Assembly: GCA_965112735.1 (NCBI GenBank)
Contig: OZ218955.1
Coordinates: 372,001-436,000 of the forward strand
From: Phaeosaccion multiseriatum
Lineage: Eukaryota; Protista; Ochrophyta, other classes
Direction of reading: 5' to 3'
DNA: 64,000 nt
Part shown: piece after piece, positions 12,751 through 24,758 of the stretch
Position numbering within the stretch: position 1 is the first letter of the stretch
How the letters are laid out: every line of letters begins with the position of its first letter
The notes under the pieces: model-generated
The model's database searches: none
What the model was told of the DNA's origin: nothing
What the model saw: only the letters and a program-made list of their open reading frames with translations
Made by a program: the position numbers and the translations under genes

Positions 12751-15700
12751 GGGCTCAGGTGCTCGAGGTGATGCGTGCCCCCTCCCCTCTCCACCAAGTT
12801 CATCACTCGAGAGCGCAGGAGTAGCATGACGTCTCGGAGTCCCAGCGCAGCCTGGAGAGACCCCCGGGGAGGGTAGGCGGAAAGGAGGGGGGGCAGCGGG
12901 CGATCAAGCCCATCAGAGCGAGTCGAGGAGCGAGCAAGCATAACGTTCTACTGAAGTCTCAGTTTGCTCCAGTGTGGTGCCCCCCCCGAGTAAAGAGAAG
13001 GATGGCGTCCCTTGCAAATCGGTCGCTGACTAAGAGCTCTAGACTATTCGCTTCGCACGCACGCACGCACCTCGCAGGACTGGCACAAGCGGCACCAGTC
13101 CAGGCTCGTCGCCGCCACTTTCTTCAAGCGCATCATGATCCTGCATGCAGCCACGGGATGGAGTCCCGAGGGGGGGTAGTCCCCAGGGGGTGGGCGAGTC
13201 CCGAGGGTGGGAGGATGGACAACATGAAGCGAGCGAGACGCAGTCACGCATTGAGCAGCAGCGACGCACACGAGCAGTGCCGAACACAATCGCTCAGACC
13301 GCCGTGCTGAGGAGTCAATTCGATGATAGCACACAGCCCATGACCGGCGCTTTGGACGACTCTAGCTCAGTCTACAACAGGCCTCACACCACCAGGCTGC
13401 CCCGGCGAGGGGTATTCACTTCCGCCTTCTCTCCGTCCCACCTCGTGGCGCTCACTTCCTCCTGCCACCACTCACATGCCCACGCTCCCCCCCTTCTTCC
13501 TTCCCAACCATTCACGCACGCACCCACCTGGGAATGTCGTGGAAGCGCTTGAGCAGCTTGGCCATCTGCCTGCACACCTCCCCGTGCTCCGCCATGCCCA
13601 GCAGCTCTACCCCGTCTTGGCGGAAGGCGATGACATCACAGTCCAGCGACGGTTTCAGGAAGAACTCCTTCAGCATCTGAGCCATTGCGCCATAGTGCGA
13701 GGGGGGAGTGGTGGGTGGTGGTCGCTGCGTCAGGAGAGATTTGACTCAAAAGAGAGAGAGAGGCGGCTCAGCACGCACACATGCACCCACGCACGCGCCC
13801 ACACACCTTCTTCCCGGTGACGCAGTGGCCCCTCGCGAAGAGTCCGAACACGGAGAAGCCCTCCTTGGAGCCGCTACTCCTTCCCCCGAGGGCCTGACAA
13901 CGATGCAAGAGGATGCAGCCCGTCAGCGGCGCCGCTTCCGTCCGAGCAAGAAAGAGAGAGAGAAAAGTGAGACGCTGCGCTCTTCATCGTCCACACAGCC
14001 GCCACTCCACGCCATGGCACCACCCGTAGCACGCTCACACGCACGCACGGACACACTGACGCACGAATGCCATTCCTTCCCGAGACGTGTAACTGACGTG
14101 TACCTGCGCTGCGGGGTGCCTCTCCTCCGCGAAGATGCCGAGGCTGCGGAGGGTGAGAGCGTCCACCCGCATGCACTTGAGAGCGGCCACGCCCCGGAGA
14201 GAGTTCACCGTCACGTCTCCGTCGGGCTCAAGGGAGAACACCGTGGCCTTGGGGCACGCACGAACACATACACACACAACGCGGCCGGGTGGTGAGAGAG
14301 AGAGAGAAGGAGCGAGAGAAGAACATACGCACGAAGCATGAGTTGGACAGGTACGACAACACACCCAGCCGCGCTCAGCTACCCACCTGCAGATGGACCA
14401 TGAGGGCTCCCAAGGCACGGACCGCAGTTGTGGCTTCAAAGTTCAGCACCGCGCTCATGCGACTCATGCCCTCGCTGGGGCTCTGTGGGTGTGTGCGTGT
14501 GCGCCGAGTCGTGAGCCGGAGAGGGGAATAAGGTCGAGGAAGCAAGTCTTGTGTTAGGTTGCCTCTTCGTCCCTCTTTCGCGATGGTTGCTTTGCCTCCA
14601 GCCACCACCCTACCCACTCACTCACGCTGAGCCTCTGCTTACCTCGTCTGCTTCCTCTTCCATATTCGCACGAAAGCCCCTACCTGCCGCCCCCGCTGCC
14701 TTCCTCTGCCTGGCATCCGCACGCATGAGGTCTCTCAGTCGGAGATGGGTGCAGATGAGACGGACGGCGCTTTGGAAGTCCCAGTCCGTCTTCTTAGACA
14801 CTTTGTGCGGTATGGGCTCCAGCGGGCTGCTGGGCTGCTGCTGCGTTTGCTGCTGCTGCTGAGCCGACGCGTCCTCCTGTGTCCAGGAGCAGCGCCGCCG
14901 TTTTCAAGGCATGTTATGAAAGCAGGAGACGTTGTGTTGTAGGAGGATGAGAGATCGCAAGGACGTGAGGCCACTCACCCACGCACACACGCTCGCACAC
15001 TGCGCCGCACACATGCGCCGCACGTACGTACCATGGCTGCTTCCTGCACGAGGGCGGTGGAGGGCCTTCGTGTGAGCATGTGCAGCAGGTCCTTGTTCGC
15101 GGTCATGGGCTTGGGGAAGAGAAGTAGAGAAGGGCACACAGAGGCCTTGAGGCAATCCAGAGTCTCCACCATGTCTGGCCAGGAACACAGGACAGCGGGA
15201 GAGGGGACAAGGCGGGCATCAGCCACGCGCAGCGTTGGTGAAGGTCAGCGGGGCGGGTCGGGGTGAGGGGATGGAGGGCCCGATCGGCGGGTCAATGAGA
15301 GAGACGTGGCCGCCGCACACCTGCTTGGAAAGCGGGCACCTCCTCCACTTGGATCACGTTCTCCAGCGGCAAGTAGATTGCCAGTCCGAGGCGGTCCTGC
15401 TCGGCAGCACAGCCGCGTGCGTGTTACCAGAGCACGCAGGGGCACAGTGTGGTTAGGGTGTGTTAGTACCCCGCAGCTCGTGTCGTAGGGCAGCAGTAGG
15501 CAGAGAGAAGCTGGATCAGTGGGGCAAAAGAGGGTGGCTAAGGGGTAGATAGTCTATCGCCGCCATGTCCCGCCGCGCACCTTCTGTAAGCAGAGTGCCA
15601 TGACTGCCCCGTCGTCTTCGTCTCCCTCCACGCGGACATCATCATGCCGACTCAACGGAGCTTCCCGCTGCGACCGCGGGCCTTGCGGGCCCGAGGCATA

Positions 15701-16273
15701 GCCGTCGTTGGGCCCCCAGCCCTGACCAGCTCCACTACGCGGAGGCACGCGGGCATGGGTACGGGAGTGTGCTCCACCCGTTGCGGCGCTCTGTTGCGTC
15801 CACTCGGAGCGATGACGATGCGCCGCCGCTCTCCGACCTCCACCGAGCCGGCCTTGCTCATACTCGTCGCGCTCTCGCTCATCTTGGTCAGCTCTGTCCC
15901 CTACTTCGCCGCCTCCTCCTCCTCCGCCTCGTGGCCTTGCCCCCAGAACCCCCGGTCCCCTCTTCCTCTTGCCTTGGCCAGTTCCCGCCTCCTCGAGAGG
16001 CTCTCCACCTCGCCCCTGCCACCCCGTGGCTCCATCTTCGCGGCCTCCCCCCTTATCCCAGCCATGCTCTAGGTCCCGCCGCAGCTCCTCTCTCGTCCAC
16101 ATCGTCGCTTTGGTGTTCCCGCGTACCAAACGGCTCCCCTGCCTCGAGTCGTTTTCACCATGTTGCTCGTAGGACGTTTGTTCGGCTTGCTGATGCTGCG
16201 CGACTGAGCTAGGATCATCGAGGCCATCCGTGCTGAAGCTGCTGCTACTGCTGTAGGGGTTGGTCCTCTTCAT
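7608..16273 (-). CDS. MSH5: MutS homolog 5 (meiotic MutS-gamma subunit), many exons
   Basis: Walker A ITGANSSGKSVYLKQVG...HVGSFIP; LTRISSVET; QSSFAIDLAQV (MSH5-type STFxIDL); LLLIDEFGKGT; YFPQIGFLV; HPLQTLVVDTFIPN; LYKLVTG..GKSFGVACARMAG. Low-complexity N- and C-terminal tails. Confidence 0.9.
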
Positions 16274-16388
16274 CCCGACTCCCCCCCCCCGTTTTCCCCC
16301 ACGAAGAACACAGCATTTGGAATGTTAAAGGCCGGCACCCCCTGGGGCGTCTTGGAGCCACGTCAGACGCTGGCTGCGGAGAGAGAGC

Positions 16389-16696
16389 TGGAGGACTGGA
16401 GGACTACAGCTCAGATAAGAGGAGCTGATCCTCGCGCAGACGGAAGGCCTAAGGTGGTGTGGGATCGAAGCAAGGCGGAGCGGGTGGCTCTATTTACGGG
16501 GATATCTGGAGGACTGGAGGACTACAACTTAGAGAAGGGGAGCTGAGGGCCCATTCTCGCTCAGGCAGAGGCCCAGGGTGGTGTGGGATCGAAGCAAGGT
16601 GGAGCGGGCGGCGCTACTGACTGCGGGGGGAGGCGACCTGCGCGAGGGCCCATCCGTCGGAAGACCTAGGGTGGGTGAGGATCGAAGCAAGGCGGC
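16389..16696. repeat. Degenerate direct repeat, ~100-120-bp period, 3 copies
   Basis: Core GGTGGTGTGGGATCGAAGCAAGG(C/T)GG near 16453 and 16577, with a variant near 16670. GGAGGACTGG(G)AGGACTAC occurs twice. Confidence 0.7.
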
Positions 16697-16778
16697 AAAG
16701 GCCTCCCTACGGCCCGCCCACAACATGAAGACAGGCGGCGCTACCCCCCCCCCATACCAAGGGTCTGGGGAGGACGTT

Positions 16779-18306
16779 ATGGCCATGATGCTCAGGAAGG
16801 GGGCACGGGGAAGCTTGGAGGAACAGCTGAAGAGGCAGTTTATACAATCATCGCAGGTAATGACCCCCCGCAGTGAGGTACCAAAAGCAGTAAGGGGAAA
16901 GAGAAATGGAGAGGGGGAGGGTTTGGGGCGAACTGAGTTCATGCGAGGACGAAAACACGAGCAGGCAACGGCATGTAGCCCTATGTATTCTCTGTCGAGG
17001 AATTGCTGCTAGCTTGCCTGTCTTCCCCCCTTCCAATAACACTGTTCTACGTCGTTTTGTCTCTTTGACTCCACTTTTCGATCTCCCTGCAGACGGGACA
17101 ACTCCGTCAGACCATCAGCGAAGGCTCCGGCTTGGAGGAAGTCCATTCGAACTTGGCAAAGCTCTTATCCGCTCACCCCGAATCCGACGTAAACTCGCCT
17201 ATCGAAGCGCACGGCGGCACGACCTTGTGTTGGGCTGCATACTACGGTCGGCTGGACGTGGTGGAGTATCTGTTGGATCGTGAGGCTAATGTCGTCTCTA
17301 GAGAGTGGTTTGACAAGGACACACCACTGACAATGGCCATGCGGAATGGCCATGAGGCGGTCGTGGCGCGGCTTCTGGCCGCCGAAGCAGATGCCAACAT
17401 ATCCCTTGTGGGAAGGAGCGCACAGCTCCGTATGGCTTCGACTGCAGGACATACCACCGTGGTGCACCGACTTCTCTACATGCAGGGCGAGGAAGATGTC
17501 AACTTTGTCACTGCTCTCGTACGGGGGTCTGATGGCAGGCGCCTCACTGCGCTTCACACACACACACACACACACTGCGCTACGCGGGAAGGCCACGCCG
17601 AGGTGGTGGAGCGCCTACTCGGTGCGACAGCTATTGTGGAAACCACTGGCACAGGTTATTCAATGTACCTCGTGAATACAACCTCCTCGGATGGATCAAC
17701 GCCTCTGCTTCTGCCTCCTGCGCAGCCAGAAGCAGAGGCGTTGATCCATCTGAGGAGGTTGTATTCACGAGGCGCATTGAATAACCTGTGCCAGTGGTCT
17801 CCACAATAGCTATCGCACCGAGTAGGTACTCAACCACCTCGGCGTGGCCTTCCCGAGCAGCGCAGTGAAGCGCAGTGAGGCCCGTGCTATCAGACCCTCG
17901 TACGAGAGCAGTGACAAAGTTGACATGTCATGCCGACGTGGTCCGTCGTCTCATCGGTGCGGGATCGAATGTTGATGCCGAGACGACGTCGGGAACCACC
18001 GCTCTACTGCAAATGCTTCGCGTAAAGCACTTTGGCGCTGCAGATCTGCTCATCGCGGCCCACGCCTCGCTGGATGCGTCAAAGCTGGCACAGCGTGACC
18101 GGCTGCATCCCGAGATTAGGCGTCGAATCGAGGGTCGGGCAAGCCCCGTCGAGGGTCAGGGACGTCCCATCGAGGGTCAGGCAAGCCGCATCGAGGGTCA
18201 GGGAGGCCCCGTCGAGCGTCATACAGGCCCCGCCGAGAGTCAGGAAGGCTCCGTCGCGCATCCTCCCAAACTTTGCTCGAGGCTCTGTTGCTGCTTGCGC
18301 AGGTGA
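16779..18306 (+). pseudogene. Ankyrin-repeat gene interrupted by an internal inverted duplication
   Basis: Exon 16779-16856, a phase-0 intron, then an exon from 17093 with ANK repeats (TTLCWAAYYGRLDVVEYLL, TPLTMAMRNGHEAVVARLL). The frame stops at 17809 inside the inverted copy. ANK coding resumes at 17927 (HADVVRRLIGAGSNVD) and ends with 7-aa repeats and RLCCCLRR*. Confidence 0.8.
17496..17926. repeat. Long inverted repeat (hairpin): arms 17496-17713 and 17727-17926, 13-nt loop
   Basis: The arms are reverse complements with scattered mismatches, and the left arm has a (CA)n expansion. Confidence 0.95.
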
Positions 18307-18986
18307 GGAGCTGCTCAAAAGCCATCGCCTGCCTCTCCGGACGCATCCTCACATCCATCAGCTACGTCGACGCGGCGAGGTGCATTTGTGTGCATGTGTG
18401 TCGTGGTGTGTTTGTGTGTATGTGTGTATTGGTGTGTCTGTGTGTGCGGACTCGTGGCAAGCCAGTCGGAGGGCCAGCGGCTTGACTCAAGCTCGAAGAG
18501 AGCAGGCTATCGAGGGAATTGCCTGTCTCGACGGTGACGGGGCGAGGAGGGATGCAGCACTGCGCGGACTCTGGAGATGGGCCCACGTTCAGCTTTTGGG
18601 TAGAGCGACTTGGGCCGGGCTATTTGTTCTCTCAACCAGGAGGCTATTATGATAGTGCACGAGTGAAGGGGGGGTCGTTGAGTCGAAATCGTCGAAGAGG
18701 CGCTCGATCATGGTCAAGTTGACCCCCCCTCCTTCGTAAGGAAAAGAATTAGACAATACAGAGGGGTTGTGATCCAAAGACCAGCCTGGCAGCTCGCCTC
18801 GTCTGTTATTGCGTTATCTCGCTACGTCCTTTAGTCTATGTGCCCTCCTTTACCACGGGCGGCGTTGAAAGCACGGGCTACCTGGCGGACCAGATGGCGG
18901 ATCGGGGAAGTACGGTAGGCAACACATTCTTCCTCCTCCTCCTCCTCCTTCTCCTCAGAATCAGCATCAGGATCAGAATCAAGTAG

Positions 18987-19152
18987 TCGGCCCGGCACAT
19001 GATTATGGCATAATCAGTTATCAGGCCTCTGCGGCGGCAAAAAAAAAATCAGGCCTGGCTCAACCATAATCAATCCTGGCGCCGGCCATAATCAATAGTC
19101 ATGCCAGCTGAGCCGGCCATAATCCACATTGAGTCATTAAGTCCCTGGCCAT
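18987..19152. mobile_element. Possible degenerate MITE of the same TCG-terminus group
   Basis: Starts TCGGCCCGGCACATGATTATGG and has several (GG)CCATAATC sub-repeats. The right end is weak (GTCCCTGGCCAT). Flanks AAGTAG and AAGTAT match 5/6. Confidence 0.35.
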
Positions 19153-20085
19153 AAGTATAGTAGCTTCCGTGGGGGGCCTCCAGGGTAGTTTTACGTAGGT
19201 CACCTCCAGCCCCTCGGGTACGTCTGCAGGGAGCGGGCAGCCCTCCCCAAGGGTGAGCTCCCTCAGGCCAGCAGGTAGATTCTCCACACAGTCAATATTC
19301 CGTGGCAGCTTCAGAACCCGCAGGGAAGCAGGCAGGAAAAGAAGTTTGTGCCACAGTTGCCAGGGGCAACCGCATATTTCCAGCTCCTCAATCCCAGGAG
19401 GCAGGAGGTCCCACGGCCGATGAAAGGCATCACCAAAGCGGACCTTCTTCACCGACTTGGGCAACACCGCAAAGACCCTCCTGGTGAGGGCCTCATGTTC
19501 ACGCCATAGTCCCACGCCGTTGTATTCTGGCGCGAAGCGTTCCAAGCGGCCGAGGTGCACCGCTGCAACGCGGAAGCTTCTCTTTCCCTGCTGCGAGTAT
19601 TGTTCCCGAGTCGTTCCCGACCTCCGCAAGCCAGGAGAAGAAGAAGAAGAAGCCAACAAAGCATGCATCGCCTCCTCTTGCGCCTTCTGCTGCTCCAGCA
19701 TGTCAAGCACACGCTGTAGGATATCTTCAGGTGTGGCGTGGGTGAAGATGAGACGACGGCACGTTTCCACATCGACCTCCTTGCACAGGCCCCACAGAGC
19801 CTTGTCTGTGAGATTGTTGGCCACAACCCTCAAGGCCGCTGCCCCAGCCCTGCATCCAGGAGCAGAAGCCACAGGGAGGTCATTTCTTTCCGGGGGCAGC
19901 GCACAACTTAAACCCCCCTGCTCTGCTGTGGAGTTCTCCTCTCTCCTACACTGCTGTTGGGGGGGGGTGGCATCGTCTACGTTCCAAGAGCAGCATAACA
20001 TCAACCGCATGAATGGCAAAGATCCCTGTCCTCCAGAAGGAGAGGGATTTTGACGAAGCCTCAACACTTCGGATCCACTTCGCAA
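19099..20085 (-). CDS. Intronless protein with a degenerate F-box-like motif and FNIP/LRR-like C-terminal repeats (start codon uncertain)
   Basis: Repeats LPKSVKKVRFGDAFHRPWDL, LPPGIEELEI, LPASLRVLKL, LPAGLRELTLGE, VPEGLEV. Upstream, LTDKALWGLCKEVDVETCRRL follows F-box spacing. Confidence 0.6.
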   Translation of the reverse strand: MRSGSEVLRLRQNPSPSGGQGSLPFMRLMLCCSWNVDDATPPQQQCRREENSTAEQGGLSCALPPERNDLPVASAPGCRAGAAALRVVANNLTDKALWGLCKEVDVETCRRLIFTHATPEDILQRVLDMLEQQKAQEEAMHALLASSSSSPGLRRSGTTREQYSQQGKRSFRVAAVHLGRLERFAPEYNGVGLWREHEALTRRVFAVLPKSVKKVRFGDAFHRPWDLLPPGIEELEICGCPWQLWHKLLFLPASLRVLKLPRNIDCVENLPAGLRELTLGEGCPLPADVPEGLEVTYVKLPWRPPTEATILMARDLMTQCGLWPAQLA

Positions 20086-20127
20086 CGGATGAGAATTGAA
20101 GTTTAAGTGTGTTCTGTTTTGTGAGTT

Positions 20128-23100
20128 TCAGATTTCATTCACGCCACTTCTAATCGTACATTGTAACTCATTGTCATCGGTGGCGCTTCTCTCTGCCTCA
20201 TCTCCGTAACCCCCCTCCGGCTGCTGTATCACCAACTGCTGCGGCTGCTGCCCTGTGACAGTTTCGACGTCCAGCCCTGCTTCCACCAGCCCCTGTACAG
20301 CCGCCCTCACCTGTGAGGAGTAGGTGGTGTGTGTGTGTGCGTGCGTGGGTACGGGGGTGCGTGAGAGAGGGTCACGTGCATTTTCGGTTCACAATCGAGC
20401 CTCGGAAGAGCAGATCAGCATGACTCTCCATACTGGCCTGCTGACCCTGTTTCCGTGTTGACCAGAGTTAGCTACGCCGTAGGGAGTATGCCCAATCATC
20501 TGCCCACCCACAATACGCACACACCAACCCACCTACCCACCTCCCCATCCCACTCCCACCCAGTCCACCACCCCCCCACTCACCCGCACCCACCCCACAG
20601 ACGCCCACCCACCCATACCCATCCCACCTACCCATACCCCATCCCACCTACCTGCGCGTCCAAGCAAGCTGCGGGCGTCTGGAACACCATCCCGTAGACA
20701 CACGGCTCCTCCTCTTCCACTCGCAGTAGTGTAGGGCTCTTCCCACACACAACCCTCACCTCCACCCTCCTTGATGACTTACTGAGCCCTTGGGCAGAGC
20801 ATGCGGCGCCATTGGTGTAGTGCCTATCAAAGTGTTCATAAATGTGTGTGTGTGTGTGTGTGTACATGGATGTAATGGAGGACATGTGGGAGAGAGAAGG
20901 GAGGGAAGGGTAGCAGCAAAGGCATGTCCGTTCAGCGTTGAATGTACCTTCTCTCTTGCGCCTGACTAAATCTCCCCCCCCCCCCCCCGAGCCCGAAACT
21001 CTCTCTGTATGTACGAAGAGATCTATGTAGCTGCCACCCAACCCCGCCCACACCCACAGCCACCCACCCATACACCCACCTCCATCTACCCACACACATC
21101 CACACACACACCCACACTCATCCACCCACCCCACTCCTAGACGCACCAGGTGAAGTAGTCAAGGCCTGTTGGGGCCGTGTCATTCTCTATTCTTGTATCT
21201 GCGTCTTGCTTTCCGCCGCCGAGTCTGTGCCTCTGCCCGTAGCCCGTCCAATCCCCGAGGAGCAAGCTGCCTTGCCTTGCGGCTCCGAAAGGGCATAACG
21301 AATACACGTACTCCTGCCCCGCCGCACAGTACCATGGTAAACAGTTGGTGATACAGCAACGCATGGGACAGAGATACAATGAAAGGGGCACAAGGCAAGG
21401 AGGGTGACAAAAGTCTTGGTGCCCATTGGTTGTAGCACGAGACGGACAGCCCCCTCCACCCCTCCCCTCTCCTCCCCTCCCCCTTCCACTCTCCCTCCCC
21501 CTCCCCCCCACCCCCTACCTCCTGTGTCCTCTCGAAGCAGCGTCCGTCGTGCATGCCCGCGAATATCTGCCCCTCTCCATAGTCCCTGTCGAGCCTCTCC
21601 AGTGCCTCAACCTTCACCTCGACAAGAGCAGGTGGAGAGGGGGAAGGGTGGGCATCAATGAGGCAGAAGATGGCAGTAGATGGATGTGCACCATGACCAC
21701 AGAAGATGGCAGTGGATGGATGGCCAGTGAGGCAGAAGATGGCAGTGGATAGACGGATCTAACCTTGAGGTGATCGGAGCCGTCCCTCATGGCAGTGAGC
21801 ACGCCCCTGCACATGTCAATGCCCTCCCGCAGCAAGGCCGCCTTGGACAACCAACGCGCACGGCACGGCACAGCACAGCAATATCCATGTGTTGAAGTCC
21901 ATGTGTGTCCATGTGTTAGACAGTCCGTATGTGTCCATGTGGATGGTAATGTGTTAGCGTCCCCATGTGTTGTGTCCATGGCAAGAGGATGGGGGATAGG
22001 GAGGGAGGGAGGGAGGGATGGATGGATGGATGGATGGAGGGAGGGAGGGAGGGAGGGAGGGAGGGAGGGAGGGAGGGAGGGAGGGAGGGACGAACGGAGG
22101 GAAGGAGGGAGGGGGGGAGGGAGGGAGGGGAGGGGGGGGGGAGAGAGGGGTAGGAAGGGATGGAGGGAGGTGAAAAAAGGTGTTGCCATAGAGTTGCTAC
22201 AAGACAAAGGCAGCATTCGAAGTGAAACAATGACAAGAACAACAAGAACAAGTGCGATACTCCCCTTCACCCCCGTCCCCTCTCTCTCTATATCCCCTAC
22301 CGAGTCTTGCATAGCCATGGCCCACGGACGCACGCACCTCCGCCCTCTCGTAGGACAAGTCCAGCTTCGGAAACCAGCGCCGCACTGCCCAGGCCGGAGA
22401 GTCCCATGCCACTGCCAGGGCCTCCGTGACATGGAATGCCATCCAGGCTGCCCATCCGAGGTGTTTGTTGCTTGACCATAGTGATGGTGATGATGATGGT
22501 GCTGCTGGTGCTGTTGGTGCTGTGGATACTTCTGTGAAATGCATGCGGATGGCTCGGAGGAAGGGGTATCTGGAGGGGCAGGGAGGCGTGAGGGACAAGC
22601 GGGGGTGCTGAGCGTCAGTGATTGTCTGCCGTACCGTATAGATGAGTGTCTAACAACTACGGAACTACGGTCACTACGGTTCCTACTACGGTTTCTACGG
22701 TCAGTCCTTACGGGCTATCTAAAAGATCTGCCGCAACTCCGAAAAAGAAATGGGAGAGGGAAGCAAAAGAAACAGCTTGACGCACACACAAAAGAGATTG
22801 AGACCCCCCTCCTCCTGCTGAAGCTCCTGCTCCTCCTCCTCCTACTCCTCCTCCTCCTCCTTCTCCTCCTCCTCCTCCTCCTCCTCCTTCGTCCTCGCTC
22901 TACCAACTGACTGGCTGGTTGACTGGCTGGCTGGCTGGCTGGCTGACTCACCGTCTATAGTCCAGCAACGGACTGAACGCCGCCAGCCCCACCTCGTCGC
23001 ACTCCGCCAGCCACTGTTGTACCACCAACTGGTCTAACCCCAGCCCCAGTCCCATCCCGCTCCCCCAGCGAAGAAGAGCCGACAGGACCGACGGAACACT

Positions 23101-24715
23101 CCACAAGCCCGTCCACACCACCTCCCAGCACAGGCGTAGAGGGGTGGCTAGCACCAAACCGAGGGTGCGGTACAACCAAATCATGCCGGTGCGGAGTCCG
23201 TCCGGCTCGTTGAGGACCGGTCCGAGAAGAGCGCTTTTCCTGTAGGCTTGTGTACGATCTGCGTCGCTCACGCCTCGGCTCTCCCCTCGGGACTGAATGT
23301 AGTCCTGTGGGAGTTGGTTGTCCGTTCGTTCACAAATGAAACGATTGAATACAAATGGCACGCGCTCTTGCTGCAAGCTCACGACGGGAGTGACAGGAGG
23401 AAATCATGGTGCGGGTACGTGTGTGTCTCTCTCACACACACCCATACACACACATGGCCGCACACACAGACACACACATACACACACATGGGAACGTGTG
23501 TGTCTCTCTCTCACACACACCCATACACACACATGGCCGCATACACAGACACACACATACACACACAGACACACACACCGACACACACACACCTTGAGCA
23601 CCAGGGTGCGGTCGAAGCGTTCGTCGAACCACTCCAGCGCGAGAACGGCTTCCATCCCCACGGCCTTGCCATTCTTCTTCTTCTTCTTCTTCTTCTTCTT
23701 CTTCTTCTTCTTGCCCTCCCCGCCACCCCCCTTGCCCCTGCTCCTCCCTCCTCGCCCCCCTCCCCCCGCCATGTCAACGAGAGCCTGTTGCTGTGCCTTT
23801 CTGATTCCCTCGTTCCGCACTTCGGTAGCGTCAGGAACGGCGTGTACTTTGCAAACGGAGGGTTGGATATGGGACCACTGTGGGGTTGATACGTGGAGAG
23901 GACGAGAGGGGGAGGAGGGAGAGGGAGAGGGAGAGGGATGGAGAGGGGGCAGAGAGGAAGTAGGGAAGTAGGGGGGGGGGGGGGGAGAAGACGAGGAGCA
24001 GGAAGAGGGAGCACGTTTAAAGGGCCCAATGAAAGGGCAAACAGGAGAGGGAGGGCGACGGACGGATGGATCGGATACGATACCCTCGCTCAGGTGGCAG
24101 CAGATGGTACTACATGGCACTAGATGACACTAGAGGGTGCCTGTAAGGATGCCCTCCACTCACCTCTACGCACTTCTCCGCTCTTTGTATTCTCTCCTCT
24201 CTCTCAAGCTTCTCTTCCCGAGGCAGCAGCACCTGTGCTCCATCCATTCAGCCCGGGCCCGGAGGGAGGGGAAGCAACACAACAAGACAAGCGGGGGCAA
24301 GAAGGAGCCAATTGGATGGACACTCTGCTGAGTGTCGAACATCGATACCCACGGAGGGTGGGAGGGGTTGGTTGCGCTGAATAGATACCCATGGTGGGTG
24401 GGAGGGTGGGATACGCCGCACGAGCTTCTTGGTAGGGAAGCGAACGTGTGCGCTCTGGGTTGTGGGGCGTTTCGATGTCGATATCGACACAAATCGGTAG
24501 TGTTTGATAACAATCTTTGGGTGGGGGGCCCTCGCACAGAGGGCCAAAAGCTGAAACTGAAAGTCAAACTGTGGACCACCACCGTGCCCAGCCTTGTCTT
24601 GTCTTACCTTGAGCTGTAGCATGAGCTTTGTCACCCCCTCCTTGTCTTCCCCGGTGCTCCCCTGAGCAGCCTGATTGGCCCACTGCCACAGCAGGCGCTT
24701 CGACTTGACCTGTCG

Positions 24716-24758
<43 letters not shown>

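Noticed and set aside
17631-17837. Minus-strand ankyrin ORF as an independent gene
   Set aside because: It is the inverted arm of the duplication.
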